This document shows positions 18,198-31,209 of a stretch of DNA of 62,860 nt, piece after piece. The notes beneath the pieces were generated by a model. That model worked only from the letters and a program-made list of their open reading frames with translations. It had not been told where the DNA came from and did no database searches. This stretch comes from Gaiellaceae bacterium (GTDB lineage: Bacteria > Actinomycetota > Thermoleophilia > Gaiellales > Gaiellaceae). Each line of letters starts with the position of its first letter. Position 1 is the first letter of the stretch. The stretch spans positions 1 to 62,860 of the forward strand of contig DASQXE010000125.1 of assembly GCA_035639875.1 (NCBI GenBank). Reading direction: 5' to 3'. The position numbers and the translations under genes are program-made.

Positions 18198-19252
18198 TCG
18201 TCGCTCGCGTCTCGCTCCGAAACTTCCGCTCCTACCCCGAGCTCGAGCTCGCTCTCGTTCCCGGGGTCGTGCTCGTGACGGGGCCGAACGGGGTCGGTAA
18301 GACGAATCTTCTCGAAGCACTTCACGTGGGCGCGCAGGGATTCTCGCCGCGCACGCGCGCGGAGCCGCGGCTGGTCAGGTTCGGCGAATCGGCGGCGAGA
18401 GTGCGACTCCACGGCGCCGAGCACGGCGCTCCGTTCGAGACCCAGGTGGATGTCGAGTCGGCTGCGCCGAAACGGATTCGGTTGAACGGCGCGCTTCTTG
18501 GAAGCGGCGACGAGCTGCGCTTTCGACTCGCGGCGCTTGCGTTCACTCCGGATCGCCTCGCTGTCGTGAAGGGAGGGCCGCTCGTTCGCCGCACGTATTT
18601 CGACCGCATGCTGGGCCGCCTCTTTCCGGCGCGCGCGGACCTCCCGTCGACATACGCGCGTGCTCTCGCGCAGCGGAACGCGGCGCTGCGGCAGGCCCGC
18701 GCCGGCGAGGCGACGCTCGAAGCTGTGGGACCGTGGACCGAGCAGGTGGCGATCTTCGGGGACGGGCTGGACCGCGCCCGGGCGGAACTCGTGCGCCTGC
18801 TCGACGCGCGTTTCCACGCCCATGGGGAAGCGCTCGGCCTCGAGGCGCCTGCTCTGGATTACGAGGAGCACGGACTTGCGGTGGCCGACCTCGCGCAGCG
18901 TCTCGAGCGCGACCTCCAGCGCGGAGCGACGGGCGTGGGGCCGCATCTGCGCGACGTGTTGATTGCATCTGCCGGTCGTGACCTTCGCGCGTACGGGTCG
19001 CAGGGAGAACAAAGAACGGCAGTGCTCGCGCTCGTCCTTGCCGAGGCGGACCTGCTCGCCGAGCGTCGCGGCGAGGCGCCGCTCCTGCTTTTGGACGACG
19101 TTTTCAGCGAGCTCGATCAAGCCCGCGGAACGGCGCTCGTCTCGCGCCTGCCGCCCGGCGGACAGACGCTGGTCACTGCGACTGACCGACCGGCCGCGGT
19201 CGAGCCGGATCTCGTCATCGAGGTCAAGCTCGGCGAGGCCCGAGCGGCATGA
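18194..19252 (+). CDS. recF: DNA replication and repair protein RecF
   Basis: The track ORF begins at GTG 18269, inside the Walker A region (VTGPNGVGKTNLLEA). The conserved N-terminal segment IVARVSLRNFRSY is encoded in frame upstream. The only start-like codon there is CTG 18194, overlapping the dnaN TGA. C-terminal LLLLDDVFSELD. Confidence 0.9.
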   Translation: MIVARVSLRNFRSYPELELALVPGVVLVTGPNGVGKTNLLEALHVGAQGFSPRTRAEPRLVRFGESAARVRLHGAEHGAPFETQVDVESAAPKRIRLNGALLGSGDELRFRLAALAFTPDRLAVVKGGPLVRRTYFDRMLGRLFPARADLPSTYARALAQRNAALRQARAGEATLEAVGPWTEQVAIFGDGLDRARAELVRLLDARFHAHGEALGLEAPALDYEEHGLAVADLAQRLERDLQRGATGVGPHLRDVLIASAGRDLRAYGSQGEQRTAVLALVLAEADLLAERRGEAPLLLLDDVFSELDQARGTALVSRLPPGGQTLVTATDRPAAVEPDLVIEVKLGEARAA

Positions 19253-19713
19253 AGCTTCCCGAGCCAATCGGTGCGGAAATCCGCCGCGAGCTCGATCGTT
19301 TCGGCCCAGCCGGCGCGATGGCTGCGATCGTCGCCGCCTGGCCGAATGCTGTCGGAGAGGCGATTGCGACGAACGCCTGGCCCGCGCGCGTCGCGCGGGA
19401 CGGCACGCTGCACGTGTCGACAAGCTCGAGCGCGTGGGCCTTCGAGCTCACTCAGCTTTCCGCGCCGGTGCTGGAGCAGTTGCGCCGCCGCGTTGGGGAG
19501 GCCTGTCCCACCGGCCTGCGCTTCGCGGTCGGACCGTTGCCGGAGCCTGGAGGGGAGAGTGAAAAAGAAGCTACGCGGACCGTGCCGAAACCGAGCGCGG
19601 AGCAGGTCGCCGCGGGTGCACGAATCGCGGCCGAAATCGCGGACGAAGGCCTGCGCGAGGCGGTTTCGCGGGCCGCCGCGGCGAGCTTGGCGGCCGCAAA
19701 CGAGCCCGCCTGA
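19249..19713 (+). CDS. DUF721 domain protein (DciA-like), conserved recF-gyrB position
   Basis: 154 aa. W-P-N-A-V-G ... ARDGTLHVSTSSSAWAFEL pattern. ATGA overlap with the recF stop. Confidence 0.75.
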   Translation: MKLPEPIGAEIRRELDRFGPAGAMAAIVAAWPNAVGEAIATNAWPARVARDGTLHVSTSSSAWAFELTQLSAPVLEQLRRRVGEACPTGLRFAVGPLPEPGGESEKEATRTVPKPSAEQVAAGARIAAEIADEGLREAVSRAAAASLAAANEPA

Positions 19714-19732
19714 CGACCGGTCTGTCTGGTAG

Positions 19733-22162
<2,430 letters not shown>

Positions 22163-22176
22163 GGGTCGGCAAGTGA

Positions 22177-24708
22177 ATGAGTGAGATCGGCGCCCTCGGG
22201 CCCGGCCGGATCGAGCCGCGCGAGCTCGAGCAGGAGCTTCGCTCCAGCTATCTCGACTACGCCATGTCGGTCATCGTCGGACGCGCGCTTCCCGACGTCC
22301 GCGACGGTCTGAAGCCGGTTCACCGGCGCGTCCTCTACGGTATGCACGAGGCCGGGATGCAGCCGAGCCGGCCGTACAAGAAGTGCGCCCGCGTCGTCGG
22401 GGACGTGATGGGGAGCTACCACCCGCACGGCGACCAGGCCATCTACGACACGCTGGTGCGGATGGCGCAGCCGTTCTCGCTGCGCTACCCGCTGGTCGAC
22501 GGCCAGGGCAATTTTGGTTTCGACGTCGAGCCCGCCGCGGCGATGCGGTACACCGAGTGTCGCCTCTCGCGCATCGCGACGGAGATGCTCCGGGACATCG
22601 ATGCCGACACGGTCGACTTCGTCCCGAACTACGACGAGTCGCGGCGCGAGCCGTCGGCCCTGCCCTCCCGCTTTCCGAACCTCCTGGTCAACGGCTCGTC
22701 AGGCATCGCGGTCGGGATGGCGACGAACATGCCGTCCCACCGGCTCAGCGAGGTCGTCGACGCAATCGTCGCGCTGATCGACAAGCCGGACGCCAACGTC
22801 GACGATCTCATGACGCACGTGAAGGGCCCGGACTTCCCGACCGGCGGCATCATCGTCGGGCGGGGCGGCATCCGCGACGCGTACCGGACCGGGCGCGGAC
22901 GGATCGTCATGCGCGCTCGCGCGCACTTCGAGGAGCTTCGAGGCGGGAAGTCGGCGATCGTCCTCACGGAGTTGCCGTTCGGCGTACGGGTGGGCGGCGA
23001 CGCCGGTCTCATCATGCGAATCGCCGACCTCGTCCGCGACAAGGTGATTCCCGAGATCGCGAACGTCGACGACTTCATCGACAAGACCGGGATCCGCGTC
23101 GTCATCGAGGTCAAGCGCGAGTGCGATCCGAACATCGTCCTCAACAAGCTCTACAAGCACACGCCGATCCAGACAACCTTCGGCTACAACGCCGTGGCGC
23201 TCGTGGACGGCGTTCCGCGGACGCTGTCGCTCCTCGAGCTCGTCACGCACTACCTCGACTACCAGCGTCAGGTCGTCACCCGACGGTCGAAGTACGAGCT
23301 GCGCAAGGCCGAGGAGCGCGCCCACATCCTCGATGGCTATCTCACGGCTCTCGACAATCTCGATGCGGTTATCGCGCTGATCCGCGCTTCGGCGGACACC
23401 GACGTAGCCCGCGCCGGGCTCATGGAGCAGTTCGAGCTTTCCGAGATTCAGGCGCAGGCGATTCTCGACCTCCGGCTAGCACGCCTCACCGGCCTCGCGC
23501 GCAAGGAGATCGAGGAAGAGTTCGCGGATCTGCAAGAGCGGATCGGCGAGCTGCGCGCGATCCTCGGCGATCCCGCCCGGATCGACGCGCTCATCCGAGA
23601 AGAGCTTCTGGAGCTCAAGCAGCTCTACGGCAAAAACGACGACCGGCGCACCGAGATCGTGGCGGCCGAAGGCGATCTCGAGCTCGAGGATCTCATCGCC
23701 GAGGAGGACATGGTCATCGCGATCACCCGGTCCGGCTACGTCAAGCGGCTGCCTGTGACGACATATCGCGAGCAGCGGCGCGGGGGGATCGGGGTCATGG
23801 GGATGGATCTCAAGGACGAGGACTACATCGAGCACCTCGTCGTCGCATCCACTCACGACTACCTGCTCTTCTTCACCTCGGTGGGCAAGGTGTACCGCCT
23901 GAAGGTGCATGAGCTGCCGCTTGGCAGCCGGCAGTCGAAGGGCCGCGCGCTCATCAATCTGTTGCCGCTCGCGCAGGGCGAGAGCGTCCGCACGCTCATC
24001 GCCACGCGCAACTTCGAGGAGGCCGAGTACCTGGTCCTGGCGACGAAGAACGGGATCGTGAAGAAGACGCGCTTCGCCGAGTACAACACGCCGCTCAAGG
24101 CGGATGGGATCATCGCGATCAAGCTCCGGGGCGAGGACGAGCTCGTGGGCGTCATCCACTCGTCCGGTGAGGACGATGTCCTCATGGTCTCGTATAAGGG
24201 GCAGGCGATGCGCTTCTCCGAGAAGGACGCGCGCCCGATGGGGCGGGCGACCTCGGGGGTCGTCGGAATGCGGCTCCGGAAGGACGACGAGGTCATCGCT
24301 GTAAGCCTGGCCAAGGACGACTCGGATCTCCTCGTCGTGACCGAGAACGGCTTCGGGAAGCGCACGCCGATCAGCCAGTATCCGGTCAAGGGCCGCGGCG
24401 GCCTGGGAGTCAAGACCGTGCAGCTGACCGAGGCCCGCGGCCAGCTCGCCGGGGCGCTCGTCGTGCGCGACGGCTATCAGGTCATGCTCATGTCCACGGG
24501 CGGCACGGTCATCCGCATCCCGGTCGAAGAGGTGAAGCGGCTCGGCCGGGCGACTCAGGGCGTGATCGTCATGCGCCTGCGGGAAGGCGAGTACGTCTCG
24601 ACCCTCGCCCCGGTGATCGAGCAGGCGAATGGGAATGACGGCCCAGGTTCCGAGGCTGAGCTGACCGAAGCAACCGCACCCTCGGACACAGAAACGCCGG
24701 GCGAATAG
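22177..24708 (+). CDS. gyrA: DNA gyrase subunit A
   Basis: 843 aa. Motifs: [24 protein letters not shown] and the active-site region [11 protein letters not shown]-terminal beta-pinwheel repeats. Confidence 0.97.
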   Translation: MSEIGALGPGRIEPRELEQELRSSYLDYAMSVIVGRALPDVRDGLKPVHRRVLYGMHEAGMQPSRPYKKCARVVGDVMGSYHPHGDQAIYDTLVRMAQPFSLRYPLVDGQGNFGFDVEPAAAMRYTECRLSRIATEMLRDIDADTVDFVPNYDESRREPSALPSRFPNLLVNGSSGIAVGMATNMPSHRLSEVVDAIVALIDKPDANVDDLMTHVKGPDFPTGGIIVGRGGIRDAYRTGRGRIVMRARAHFEELRGGKSAIVLTELPFGVRVGGDAGLIMRIADLVRDKVIPEIANVDDFIDKTGIRVVIEVKRECDPNIVLNKLYKHTPIQTTFGYNAVALVDGVPRTLSLLELVTHYLDYQRQVVTRRSKYELRKAEERAHILDGYLTALDNLDAVIALIRASADTDVARAGLMEQFELSEIQAQAILDLRLARLTGLARKEIEEEFADLQERIGELRAILGDPARIDALIREELLELKQLYGKNDDRRTEIVAAEGDLELEDLIAEEDMVIAITRSGYVKRLPVTTYREQRRGGIGVMGMDLKDEDYIEHLVVASTHDYLLFFTSVGKVYRLKVHELPLGSRQSKGRALINLLPLAQGESVRTLIATRNFEEAEYLVLATKNGIVKKTRFAEYNTPLKADGIIAIKLRGEDELVGVIHSSGEDDVLMVSYKGQAMRFSEKDARPMGRATSGVVGMRLRKDDEVIAVSLAKDDSDLLVVTENGFGKRTPISQYPVKGRGGLGVKTVQLTEARGQLAGALVVRDGYQVMLMSTGGTVIRIPVEEVKRLGRATQGVIVMRLREGEYVSTLAPVIEQANGNDGPGSEAELTEATAPSDTETPGE

Positions 24709-24745
24709 CTTTCCGGAAGGACGCGGCCGGTTTCGGCGCATTCGC

Positions 24746-24774
24746 TTCACAAAGCTGGCGCTCGGTGGTAGCTT
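24746..24774 (+). promoter_or_regulatory. Candidate sigma-70-type promoter for the MerR-like gene
   Basis: TTCACA (24746-24751), 17-nt spacer, TAGCTT (24769-24774). An AAGG Shine-Dalgarno lies about 8 nt before ATG 24809. Confidence 0.4.
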
Positions 24775-24808
24775 TGGTCGCTACTCCGGCGTCGAAAAAG
24801 GTGCGCTT

Positions 24809-25177
24809 ATGGCTGTTCCGCGGCATGTCGATCTTCTTGAACCGGTAAACATCTCCGAGCACCTGAACAAGATCGAGCTCTATCTCGGACAGGTGTGCGC
24901 CGTGGCCGGCATCTCCAAGATGCAGCTCGACTACTGGACGAACAAGGCGCAGATCCCGACCAAGGGTCGCAAGCAGCGGATCTACGACATGGACGCGGTC
25001 GAGACGGTCATGCTCATCAAGCAGGGCAAGGACAAGGGCCTGAACCTCTCCACCGCCATCGAGGCGGCGCGGAAGTACAAGGAGGAGCGGGCGGCCGGCC
25101 TTTCGCCGCACCTAGCCGCTCAGGATTCGCGGAGGACACCCGCAGCCGATTCCGGCGCGAGCGTATTGACGAAGTAG
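24809..25177 (+). CDS. MerR-family helix-turn-helix protein (small)
   Basis: LGQVCAVAGISKMQLDYWTNKAQIP...RIYDMDAVETVMLIKQGKDKGLNL resembles a MerR HTH plus wing. The 3' 58 nt overlaps the convergent galT end. Confidence 0.6.
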   Translation: MAVPRHVDLLEPVNISEHLNKIELYLGQVCAVAGISKMQLDYWTNKAQIPTKGRKQRIYDMDAVETVMLIKQGKDKGLNLSTAIEAARKYKEERAAGLSPHLAAQDSRRTPAADSGASVLTK

Positions 25178-26085
25178 CCCGAGCCGAGCTCGAGGCCGGC
25201 GAGGATCGTGAGGCGAGGAAGCACCTCTAGATGCCAGTGTCCGGTCGCGTGCAGCCACATGTTCACCGGGACGCGGCCTTCGGCCACTCGCAGGCGGCGA
25301 AGACCCTCGGCCACAAGTCCGAGCGCGGTGCCGAGGGCTGCGCTCGTGAAGGGATCCTCCTCGCACTCGCTCGACGCGACGAGCATCTCGTACGGACCAC
25401 GGCCGGCGAAGGGACAGAGGAGGGTGAGCCCGTCGCGTTCCGCGACGACGCGGATGCGGTGCTCGAGCTCCTCCACGAGGACGCGACAGAGGACGCAGCC
25501 GCCCTCATCTGCCTGCGCCTTGAGTTCCTGCGCCACGAGCGGCGGCTCCTCCTGCAGCCAGACGAGCTGCGAGTGCGAGTGCTGCAAACTTGCGCCAGCC
25601 GCGCGCCCCTCGTTGACGAGCGCCTGAACGTACGAGAAGCCCTGCTCGCGCGCGGCGGCGGCGCGCGCCTGCCAGGCCTCGGCGACGAGCTCGAGCTCGC
25701 GGAGTGAGAGATCGGCGAGCGTGCGCACGTGGCGCGGCGAGTGGATGACGACCTCCTGCCGGCCGAGGGCTGCGCGCCGCGCGAAGAGGCCCGTCCGATC
25801 TCCCTCCACCGACCACGGACCGAAGGCGGGAAACTTGTTCGGCACGACGCGCACGCGCCACCCGGGTGCATCCGCCGCTCGTCCTGGAGGGCCGATCGCG
25901 AACGTCTCGGGCGGAGTAGCGCTCTCGCGGCCTTCGCAAAAAGGACACCCCGCGACGTCGTCGTCGTCCTCGTCGGCGCGGGGACGGTCGGCACCCGGCC
26001 TGCGCGCCCTCGCGGGAGCGATGACAACCCAGCGGCCCGAAACCGGGTCGCGCCGGAGCTCGGGAGGGGTGCCCTCAGCGCTCAG
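25120..26085 (-). CDS. galT: Galactose-1-phosphate uridylyltransferase (HIT superfamily, GalT)
   Basis: The track ORF starts at GTG 25854 ([16 protein letters not shown]). The same frame stays open upstream and encodes the conserved N-domain [22 protein letters not shown] and the Zn motif GCPFCEGRE. The only start candidate is CTG 26085. Confidence 0.85.
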   Translation of the reverse strand: MSAEGTPPELRRDPVSGRWVVIAPARARRPGADRPRADEDDDDVAGCPFCEGRESATPPETFAIGPPGRAADAPGWRVRVVPNKFPAFGPWSVEGDRTGLFARRAALGRQEVVIHSPRHVRTLADLSLRELELVAEAWQARAAAAREQGFSYVQALVNEGRAAGASLQHSHSQLVWLQEEPPLVAQELKAQADEGGCVLCRVLVEELEHRIRVVAERDGLTLLCPFAGRGPYEMLVASSECEEDPFTSAALGTALGLVAEGLRRLRVAEGRVPVNMWLHATGHWHLEVLPRLTILAGLELGSGYFVNTLAPESAAGVLRES

Positions 26086-26836
26086 TGTGTTCGAGGAACG
26101 GGCGGAACAGGTCGAGCGGAAGTGGGAGGATCAGCGTCGAGGAACGCTCGGAGCTGATTTCGAGCATCGTCTGCAGGAAGCGCAGCTGAACGGAGATGGG
26201 ATTCTGGCTCAGCACGCCGGCGGCGTCCTTGAGCCTCTCCGAAGCTTGGAACTCGCCCTCGGCGGCGATCACCTTGGCGCGCCGCTCGCGTTCGGCCTCC
26301 GCCTGCCGGGCCATCGCGCGTTGCATGCCGGAGGGGATCTCGACGTCCTTCACCTCCACGATGGAGACCTTGATTCCCCAGGGCGATGTCGCCTCGTCGA
26401 TGATCTCTTGCAGGATCGCGTTGATCTTGTCGCGCTCTGAGAGGAGCTCGTCGAGAACATGCTGGCCCAGGACGCTTCGCAGCGTGGTCTGCGCGATCTG
26501 CGAGGTGGCGACCATGAAGTTCTCCACCTGCACGATTGCCTTCTCCGGATCGATGATCCGGAAGTAGGCGACGGCGTTCACTCGGACTGGGACGTTGTCC
26601 TTGGTGATGACCTCCTGCGGCGGGATGTTGAGCGTGACGGTGCGCAGGTCGACGCGGACCATCTTGTCGACGACCGGGATGAGCAGGAAGAGACCTGGTC
26701 CCTTCGGGGGCGAGTGCAGCCGGCCCAGCCGGAAGATCACGCCGCGCTCGTACTCTCGCGCGATGCGAATCGACGCCGAGAGGAGGAAGAGGAGGATGAC
26801 GACGACGGCCGCGATCGCGACCAGGGCTGCGGTCAA
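26075..26836 (-). CDS. SPFH/band-7 (stomatin-like) protein
   Basis: N-terminal TM, then [16 protein letters not shown] and [17 protein letters not shown]. Confidence 0.92.
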   Translation of the reverse strand: MTAALVAIAAVVVILLFLLSASIRIAREYERGVIFRLGRLHSPPKGPGLFLLIPVVDKMVRVDLRTVTLNIPPQEVITKDNVPVRVNAVAYFRIIDPEKAIVQVENFMVATSQIAQTTLRSVLGQHVLDELLSERDKINAILQEIIDEATSPWGIKVSIVEVKDVEIPSGMQRAMARQAEAERERRAKVIAAEGEFQASERLKDAAGVLSQNPISVQLRFLQTMLEISSERSSTLILPLPLDLFRPFLEHTER

Positions 26837-26866
26837 GGCATTCCCTTTCGGAGCGGGGAGCCCATC

Positions 26867-28186
26867 CTATGCCGTTACAGGTTCAGCTGTCTCTGCGCGG
26901 CTGACCTCGAGCACCAGGCCGTCGTGGATTCTGTCCACCTGGACGGGTGCCCCGACCTCCAGGGGCTCGCCGTCGGTCCTGGCCTGCCACAGCTCGCCGT
27001 GGATGAAGACGAAACCGGCCGGGTCGAGCGCCTTGCGCACGACGCCGATCTGACCGACGAGCTCTTCTTGTCCAGTGACCGGACGCCGTCGGCGTGCCTG
27101 CACGATCTTCGTGACGGCGAACATGACGAGCAAGGCGAACGTCCCCGCGATCGCGATCGCAACCCAGAGTGAGACCTGGTAACCGGGCCCCGCCGGGTCG
27201 AAGAGCATGAGCGAGCCGATGACGAAGCAGGAGGCACCCGCGAGCGCGAGGGCGCCGTGGCTCATCACGAAGGGTTCCGCAGCGAAGAAGGCGGCGGCCA
27301 GGAGGATGAGCAAGACCCCGGCGGCACTCACCGGCAACACCTGAAGCCCGAAGAAGGCAACGATGAGCGAGATGGCTCCGACGGTGCCCGGGAAGATGAG
27401 GCCCGGATTGAAGAGCTCGACCGTGATCCCAAGCGTCCCGATCGATAGAAGCAGGACGATGATGTTGGGGTCGATGATCGTGTTCAGGATGCGCTTCCAG
27501 AATGACATCCTCACCGTGTCGACTTCGGCGTTGGCCGTATGCAGGACGATCCCCTTCGGCTCGACGCGCGTGCCGTCGATCTTGTCGAGCAGCGCGGGCA
27601 AGCTCGGGGCGATGTAGTCGACGACGTTCATCGAGAGCGCCTGCCGAGCGGGCAGGTTGGCCGCGACGCGCACCGCCTTCTCCGCCCAATCGGCGTTGCG
27701 GCCGTGTTCGGAGGCCAGCGAACGGATGTAGGCGACGGCGTCGTTGATCACCTTCCGTTTGAGATCGCTCGGGATGTTTCCGCCGTTCGTCGAAATGGGC
27801 GTCGAGGAGCCGATGTTGGTCTCGGGCGCCATCGCCGCCACGTCGGATGCCATCGTGATGAAGACGCCCGCCGAGGCGTCACGCGACCCGGGCGGGTAGA
27901 CGTAGACGATCACCGGGACCTTCGACTCGAGGATGTGCTTGATGATGTTGCGCATCGCGCTGTCGAGGCCGCCCGGAGTGTCGACGAGGAGGACGACCGC
28001 GTTGTAGTGCTGGTCGTTCGCTTGGTCGATGGCGCCGTTCAGGTAGTCCTGCGTGACCGGGTTTATGTCACTCGCGAACTCCACGGCGAGCACGCGGTTA
28101 CGCTCGGCCCCGGCTGCGGTTCCGGCGAGCACGAGGGAGAGAAGAATGACGCTCGAGAGAGCGAAAAATGCCCGCAGCGACGGCAT
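26867..28186 (-). CDS. NfeD-family membrane-bound ClpP-class serine protease (stomatin-operon partner)
   Basis: ATG 28186 gives a signal/TM N-terminus (MPSLRAFFALSSVILL). It is followed by a ClpP-like domain, a multi-TM block and a C-terminal OB-fold (GELWQARTDGEPLEVGAPVQV). Confidence 0.88.
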   Translation of the reverse strand: MPSLRAFFALSSVILLSLVLAGTAAGAERNRVLAVEFASDINPVTQDYLNGAIDQANDQHYNAVVLLVDTPGGLDSAMRNIIKHILESKVPVIVYVYPPGSRDASAGVFITMASDVAAMAPETNIGSSTPISTNGGNIPSDLKRKVINDAVAYIRSLASEHGRNADWAEKAVRVAANLPARQALSMNVVDYIAPSLPALLDKIDGTRVEPKGIVLHTANAEVDTVRMSFWKRILNTIIDPNIIVLLLSIGTLGITVELFNPGLIFPGTVGAISLIVAFFGLQVLPVSAAGVLLILLAAAFFAAEPFVMSHGALALAGASCFVIGSLMLFDPAGPGYQVSLWVAIAIAGTFALLVMFAVTKIVQARRRRPVTGQEELVGQIGVVRKALDPAGFVFIHGELWQARTDGEPLEVGAPVQVDRIHDGLVLEVSRAETAEPVTA

Positions 28187-28200
28187 TTTTGAGTGTAAGC

Positions 28201-28209
28201 ATTCTATCA
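28201..28209 (-). promoter_or_regulatory. Extended -10 element for the nfeD-SPFH-galT operon
   Basis: The minus strand reads TGATAGAAT (TG-n-TAGAAT). It ends 14 nt upstream of ATG 28186 and there is no Shine-Dalgarno in between. Confidence 0.45.
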
Positions 28210-28278
28210 GGAAGGGGTGTTTCACCTTGAGCGCCGGGAAGGCGTCCGTCACGCTCCGCCGAAGGCTCCCTTGCCGCG

Positions 28279-30432
28279 ATGACTCTCCTGCGGGCTCTCA
28301 CCGTCGGTCTCGTCTGCGCCGCTTGCGCCGCCGGCCCGGCGGCGGCAGACCACGTCCGGCTCGTGGTGCGGGACGAGCCGGTGAATGCCCGCGCGGAGCG
28401 GTCGCACGCCGCTCCGGTGCGCTTCGACATGGTGGGGCTCCATTGGCGCGGGCCGGGATCCGTGTGGTTCCAGACGCGTTCGCTGGCCGGCGTATGGAGC
28501 GCGTGGCAGCCCGTCGCGCCCGAGAGCGAGGACCTTCCGGACCGCGCAACGGCGGAGGGCCGGGCGCGGGCGGGCTGGAAGCTTGGCAACGCCTACTGGA
28601 CGGGGCCTGCGAACTCGATCCGTTACCGCTTCGCCGGCGGCGTCACGCGTCTGCGCGCCTTCTTCATCTGGAGCGCTGTCGAGCCGACGACCGTGCGAGA
28701 CACCGCGCGGGCGACGCGGCCGGGGATCATCAGCCGGGCGGAATGGGGCGCGGACGAATCGATCGTCCGCGCGCCGCCGTCCTACGCCGAGCGCTTGCGC
28801 TTTGCGGTCGTCCACCACACCGCGGGGACGAACTCGTACAGCGCGGCCGAGTCGGCGGCGATCGTTCGCGGGATCCAGCGCTACCACGTGCTGGCCAACG
28901 GCTGGAACGACATCGGCTACAACTTCCTCGTCGACAAGTACGGTCAGATCTTCGAGGGCCGTGGCGGTGGTATCAACCGGAACGTCATCGGGGCGCACGC
29001 GCAGGGTTTCAACACGGGCAGCACCGGCGTGGCCGTGCTCGGTACGTACTCGAGCGTGCCGATCTCGTCCTCGGCTCGATCCGCGCTGGTCCGTTTGCTC
29101 GCGTGGCGGCTCGACGTCGCGCATGTCGATCCGCTCAGCCGCCTGACGTGGGTTTCTGGGGGCAATTCCGAGTATCCGGCGGGAACGCTGGTCCGTCTAC
29201 GGGCGGTGTCCGGGCATCGCGACACCGGCCCGACGAGCTGCCCGGGGAATGCGCTCTACGGCCAGCTCCCGGGCATCGCCTCCGCGGTCGCCGCGCTCGG
29301 CCTGCCGAAGCTGTACGACCCGGAGGTGTCGGGAAGCCTCGGTGGCCCGGTGCGCATCACGGGCCGACTCTCGACTGCGCTTCCCTGGTCGGTGACGATC
29401 ACCGACCAAGCTGGCGCTACGGTTGCGAGCGGTAGCGGGACCGGAACGGGGGTCGACTGGACCTGGGACGCCACCGCAACTCCGTTCGGCACTTTCTTCT
29501 ACACCGTCGCCGCCGGCTCGGACGTGCGCCCATGGAGGTCGCGCGTCCCGGGGCCTCCAGCGCTCGCGGTGGAACACGTGGTCGCGGCACCGCATGCGCT
29601 GACCCCGAATGGGGACGGGATCGGGGAGACGATGAACATCTCTTTCTCGCTGACAACGGCCGCGACCGTCACGGTCGATGTCGAGAACGGCTCGGGCTTG
29701 GTCGTACGTCGCCTGGCTTCGTCGCGATCCTTTCCAGCGGGGACGTCGTCGCTCGTCTGGGACGGGCGGAACGGGAGCGGCACACGCGTGGCCGACGGTC
29801 TGTACACGCTCCGCTTCAACGCCGTGTCACCGGGGCAGGCCGCGACGGCGAGCGGCAACGTCGTCGTCGATCGCACGCTCGGGCACCTCAGCGTCGCGCC
29901 AACGCTTTTTTCGCCCAACGGGGACGGTCGGCTCGACACCGTATCCGCGTCGTACGAGCTGGCGCGCGTGGCGTTCGTCCGCGTCCAGGTCCTCCGCGCT
30001 GGCACCGTCGTCGCCAGGCTCACGAAGGAGGATCTGGGCGCCGGAGCACACTCCGTGTCGTGGAGCGGGCGCGCCGGAGGCGCACCCGTCCCTGACGGCG
30101 TCTACAGGCTCCGCGTGCAGGCCACCACCTCGCTCGGCACGCGTTCGTTGAGTCAGTCGGTTCGCGTCGACACGGCGCCGCCCGTCGTTCGAATCATCTG
30201 GGCGGTCGCGGGAACGCGGACGCGAGTAAGGGTCAGCCTGAGCGAAGCCGCACGAGCGGTGGTTTGGCTAGGCCCCGTCCACTGGTGGGGCGGCACCAGG
30301 TTCTCGGTGGACCTGTCCGCCGGTACGAGCATGGTGTCACACCGCGGACGGTACGGCGCGGTCCGGATCATCGCCCGCGACGCCGCCGGGAACCGCAGCG
30401 CGGCGGTGACCTCCAAGGTCCTCCGTCTCTAG
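28279..30432 (+). CDS. Secreted N-acetylmuramoyl-L-alanine amidase (amidase_2/PGRP domain) with C-terminal FlgD-Ig-like repeats
   Basis: Signal peptide. Amidase_2 motifs: FAVVHHTAG and WNDIGYNFLVDKYGQIFEGRGGG. Two repeats of the pattern (L/F)(T/S)PNGDG...DG(L/V)YxLR. Confidence 0.85.
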   Translation: MTLLRALTVGLVCAACAAGPAAADHVRLVVRDEPVNARAERSHAAPVRFDMVGLHWRGPGSVWFQTRSLAGVWSAWQPVAPESEDLPDRATAEGRARAGWKLGNAYWTGPANSIRYRFAGGVTRLRAFFIWSAVEPTTVRDTARATRPGIISRAEWGADESIVRAPPSYAERLRFAVVHHTAGTNSYSAAESAAIVRGIQRYHVLANGWNDIGYNFLVDKYGQIFEGRGGGINRNVIGAHAQGFNTGSTGVAVLGTYSSVPISSSARSALVRLLAWRLDVAHVDPLSRLTWVSGGNSEYPAGTLVRLRAVSGHRDTGPTSCPGNALYGQLPGIASAVAALGLPKLYDPEVSGSLGGPVRITGRLSTALPWSVTITDQAGATVASGSGTGTGVDWTWDATATPFGTFFYTVAAGSDVRPWRSRVPGPPALAVEHVVAAPHALTPNGDGIGETMNISFSLTTAATVTVDVENGSGLVVRRLASSRSFPAGTSSLVWDGRNGSGTRVADGLYTLRFNAVSPGQAATASGNVVVDRTLGHLSVAPTLFSPNGDGRLDTVSASYELARVAFVRVQVLRAGTVVARLTKEDLGAGAHSVSWSGRAGGAPVPDGVYRLRVQATTSLGTRSLSQSVRVDTAPPVVRIIWAVAGTRTRVRVSLSEAARAVVWLGPVHWWGGTRFSVDLSAGTSMVSHRGRYGAVRIIARDAAGNRSAAVTSKVLRL

Positions 30433-30436
30433 CCTC

Positions 30437-31189
30437 CTACCGCTCGAACCGAACCTCGCCGCTCTCGATGGAGCGGCGCTCTCCTCCAATCTGCACCTCG
30501 AGCCGACCGTCCCTCCTAATCCCGACGCCTACGCCGGTCTCTCCGTCGAGGAAGATGCGGCGCCCGCGGAGAAAATCGCGTGCGCCGAGGCCGTGGTAGA
30601 GGGCTTCGAGTCCGCCTTCCCGCCAGAGCTCGTAATCGCGCTCGAGCGTGGCCAGGAGCGAGGCGAGCAGCGGAGCGCGCTCGCGTCGTACTCCGTCCGT
30701 GGTGTAGAGCGAACCCGGAGTCACGCTTGCGTTCGCCGGGAGCTCTTCACGTGATTGATTGACGTTCACGCCGAGGCCGATGACGACCGCGTCGTCACGT
30801 GTCTCGGCTAGTACCCCCGCCACCTTGCGGCGGTTGACCATGACGTCGTTCGGCCACTTCACCTGAACGGCGAGGCCCAGGGCCTGCTCCACGGTCTCCG
30901 CGGCGGCGAGTCCGGCCACGAGTGGGAGCTCGGTGGCCTTGCGGTCCGCAGAGGGACGCAGGAGGAGCGAGCAAAGGATCGCGGTCCCTGGAGGCGCCTC
31001 CCAGCCCCGGCCCAGCCGCCCTCGGCCCTGCGTTTGCACGTCGCAGACGGCGACGGCTCCCTCGGCGAGCTCTGGGCCGAGGAGCTGCTGTGACGACTCG
31101 CACGAGGTTTCGAAGAGGTACGGCCTCCCGAAGCGTCCGGTCAGCAGGGACTCGACCTGCTCTGGGGCGAGCGAGTCGGCAGCGTCCAC
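30437..31189 (-). CDS. birA: Biotin--[acetyl-CoA-carboxylase] ligase (no N-terminal HTH)
   Basis: GTG start. Signature QTQGRGRLGRGWEAPPG and KWPNDV. Confidence 0.9.
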   Translation of the reverse strand: MDAADSLAPEQVESLLTGRFGRPYLFETSCESSQQLLGPELAEGAVAVCDVQTQGRGRLGRGWEAPPGTAILCSLLLRPSADRKATELPLVAGLAAAETVEQALGLAVQVKWPNDVMVNRRKVAGVLAETRDDAVVIGLGVNVNQSREELPANASVTPGSLYTTDGVRRERAPLLASLLATLERDYELWREGGLEALYHGLGARDFLRGRRIFLDGETGVGVGIRRDGRLEVQIGGERRSIESGEVRFER

Positions 31190-31209
31190 TTCACTACACT
31201 AACGGCGCC

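Noticed and set aside
24809-25177. Considered whether the MerR-like ORF is spurious, because its last 58 nt overlap the convergent galT.
   Set aside because: I kept it at moderate confidence. It has a plausible promoter, a Shine-Dalgarno and an HTH-like core. Only the low-complexity tail overlaps.
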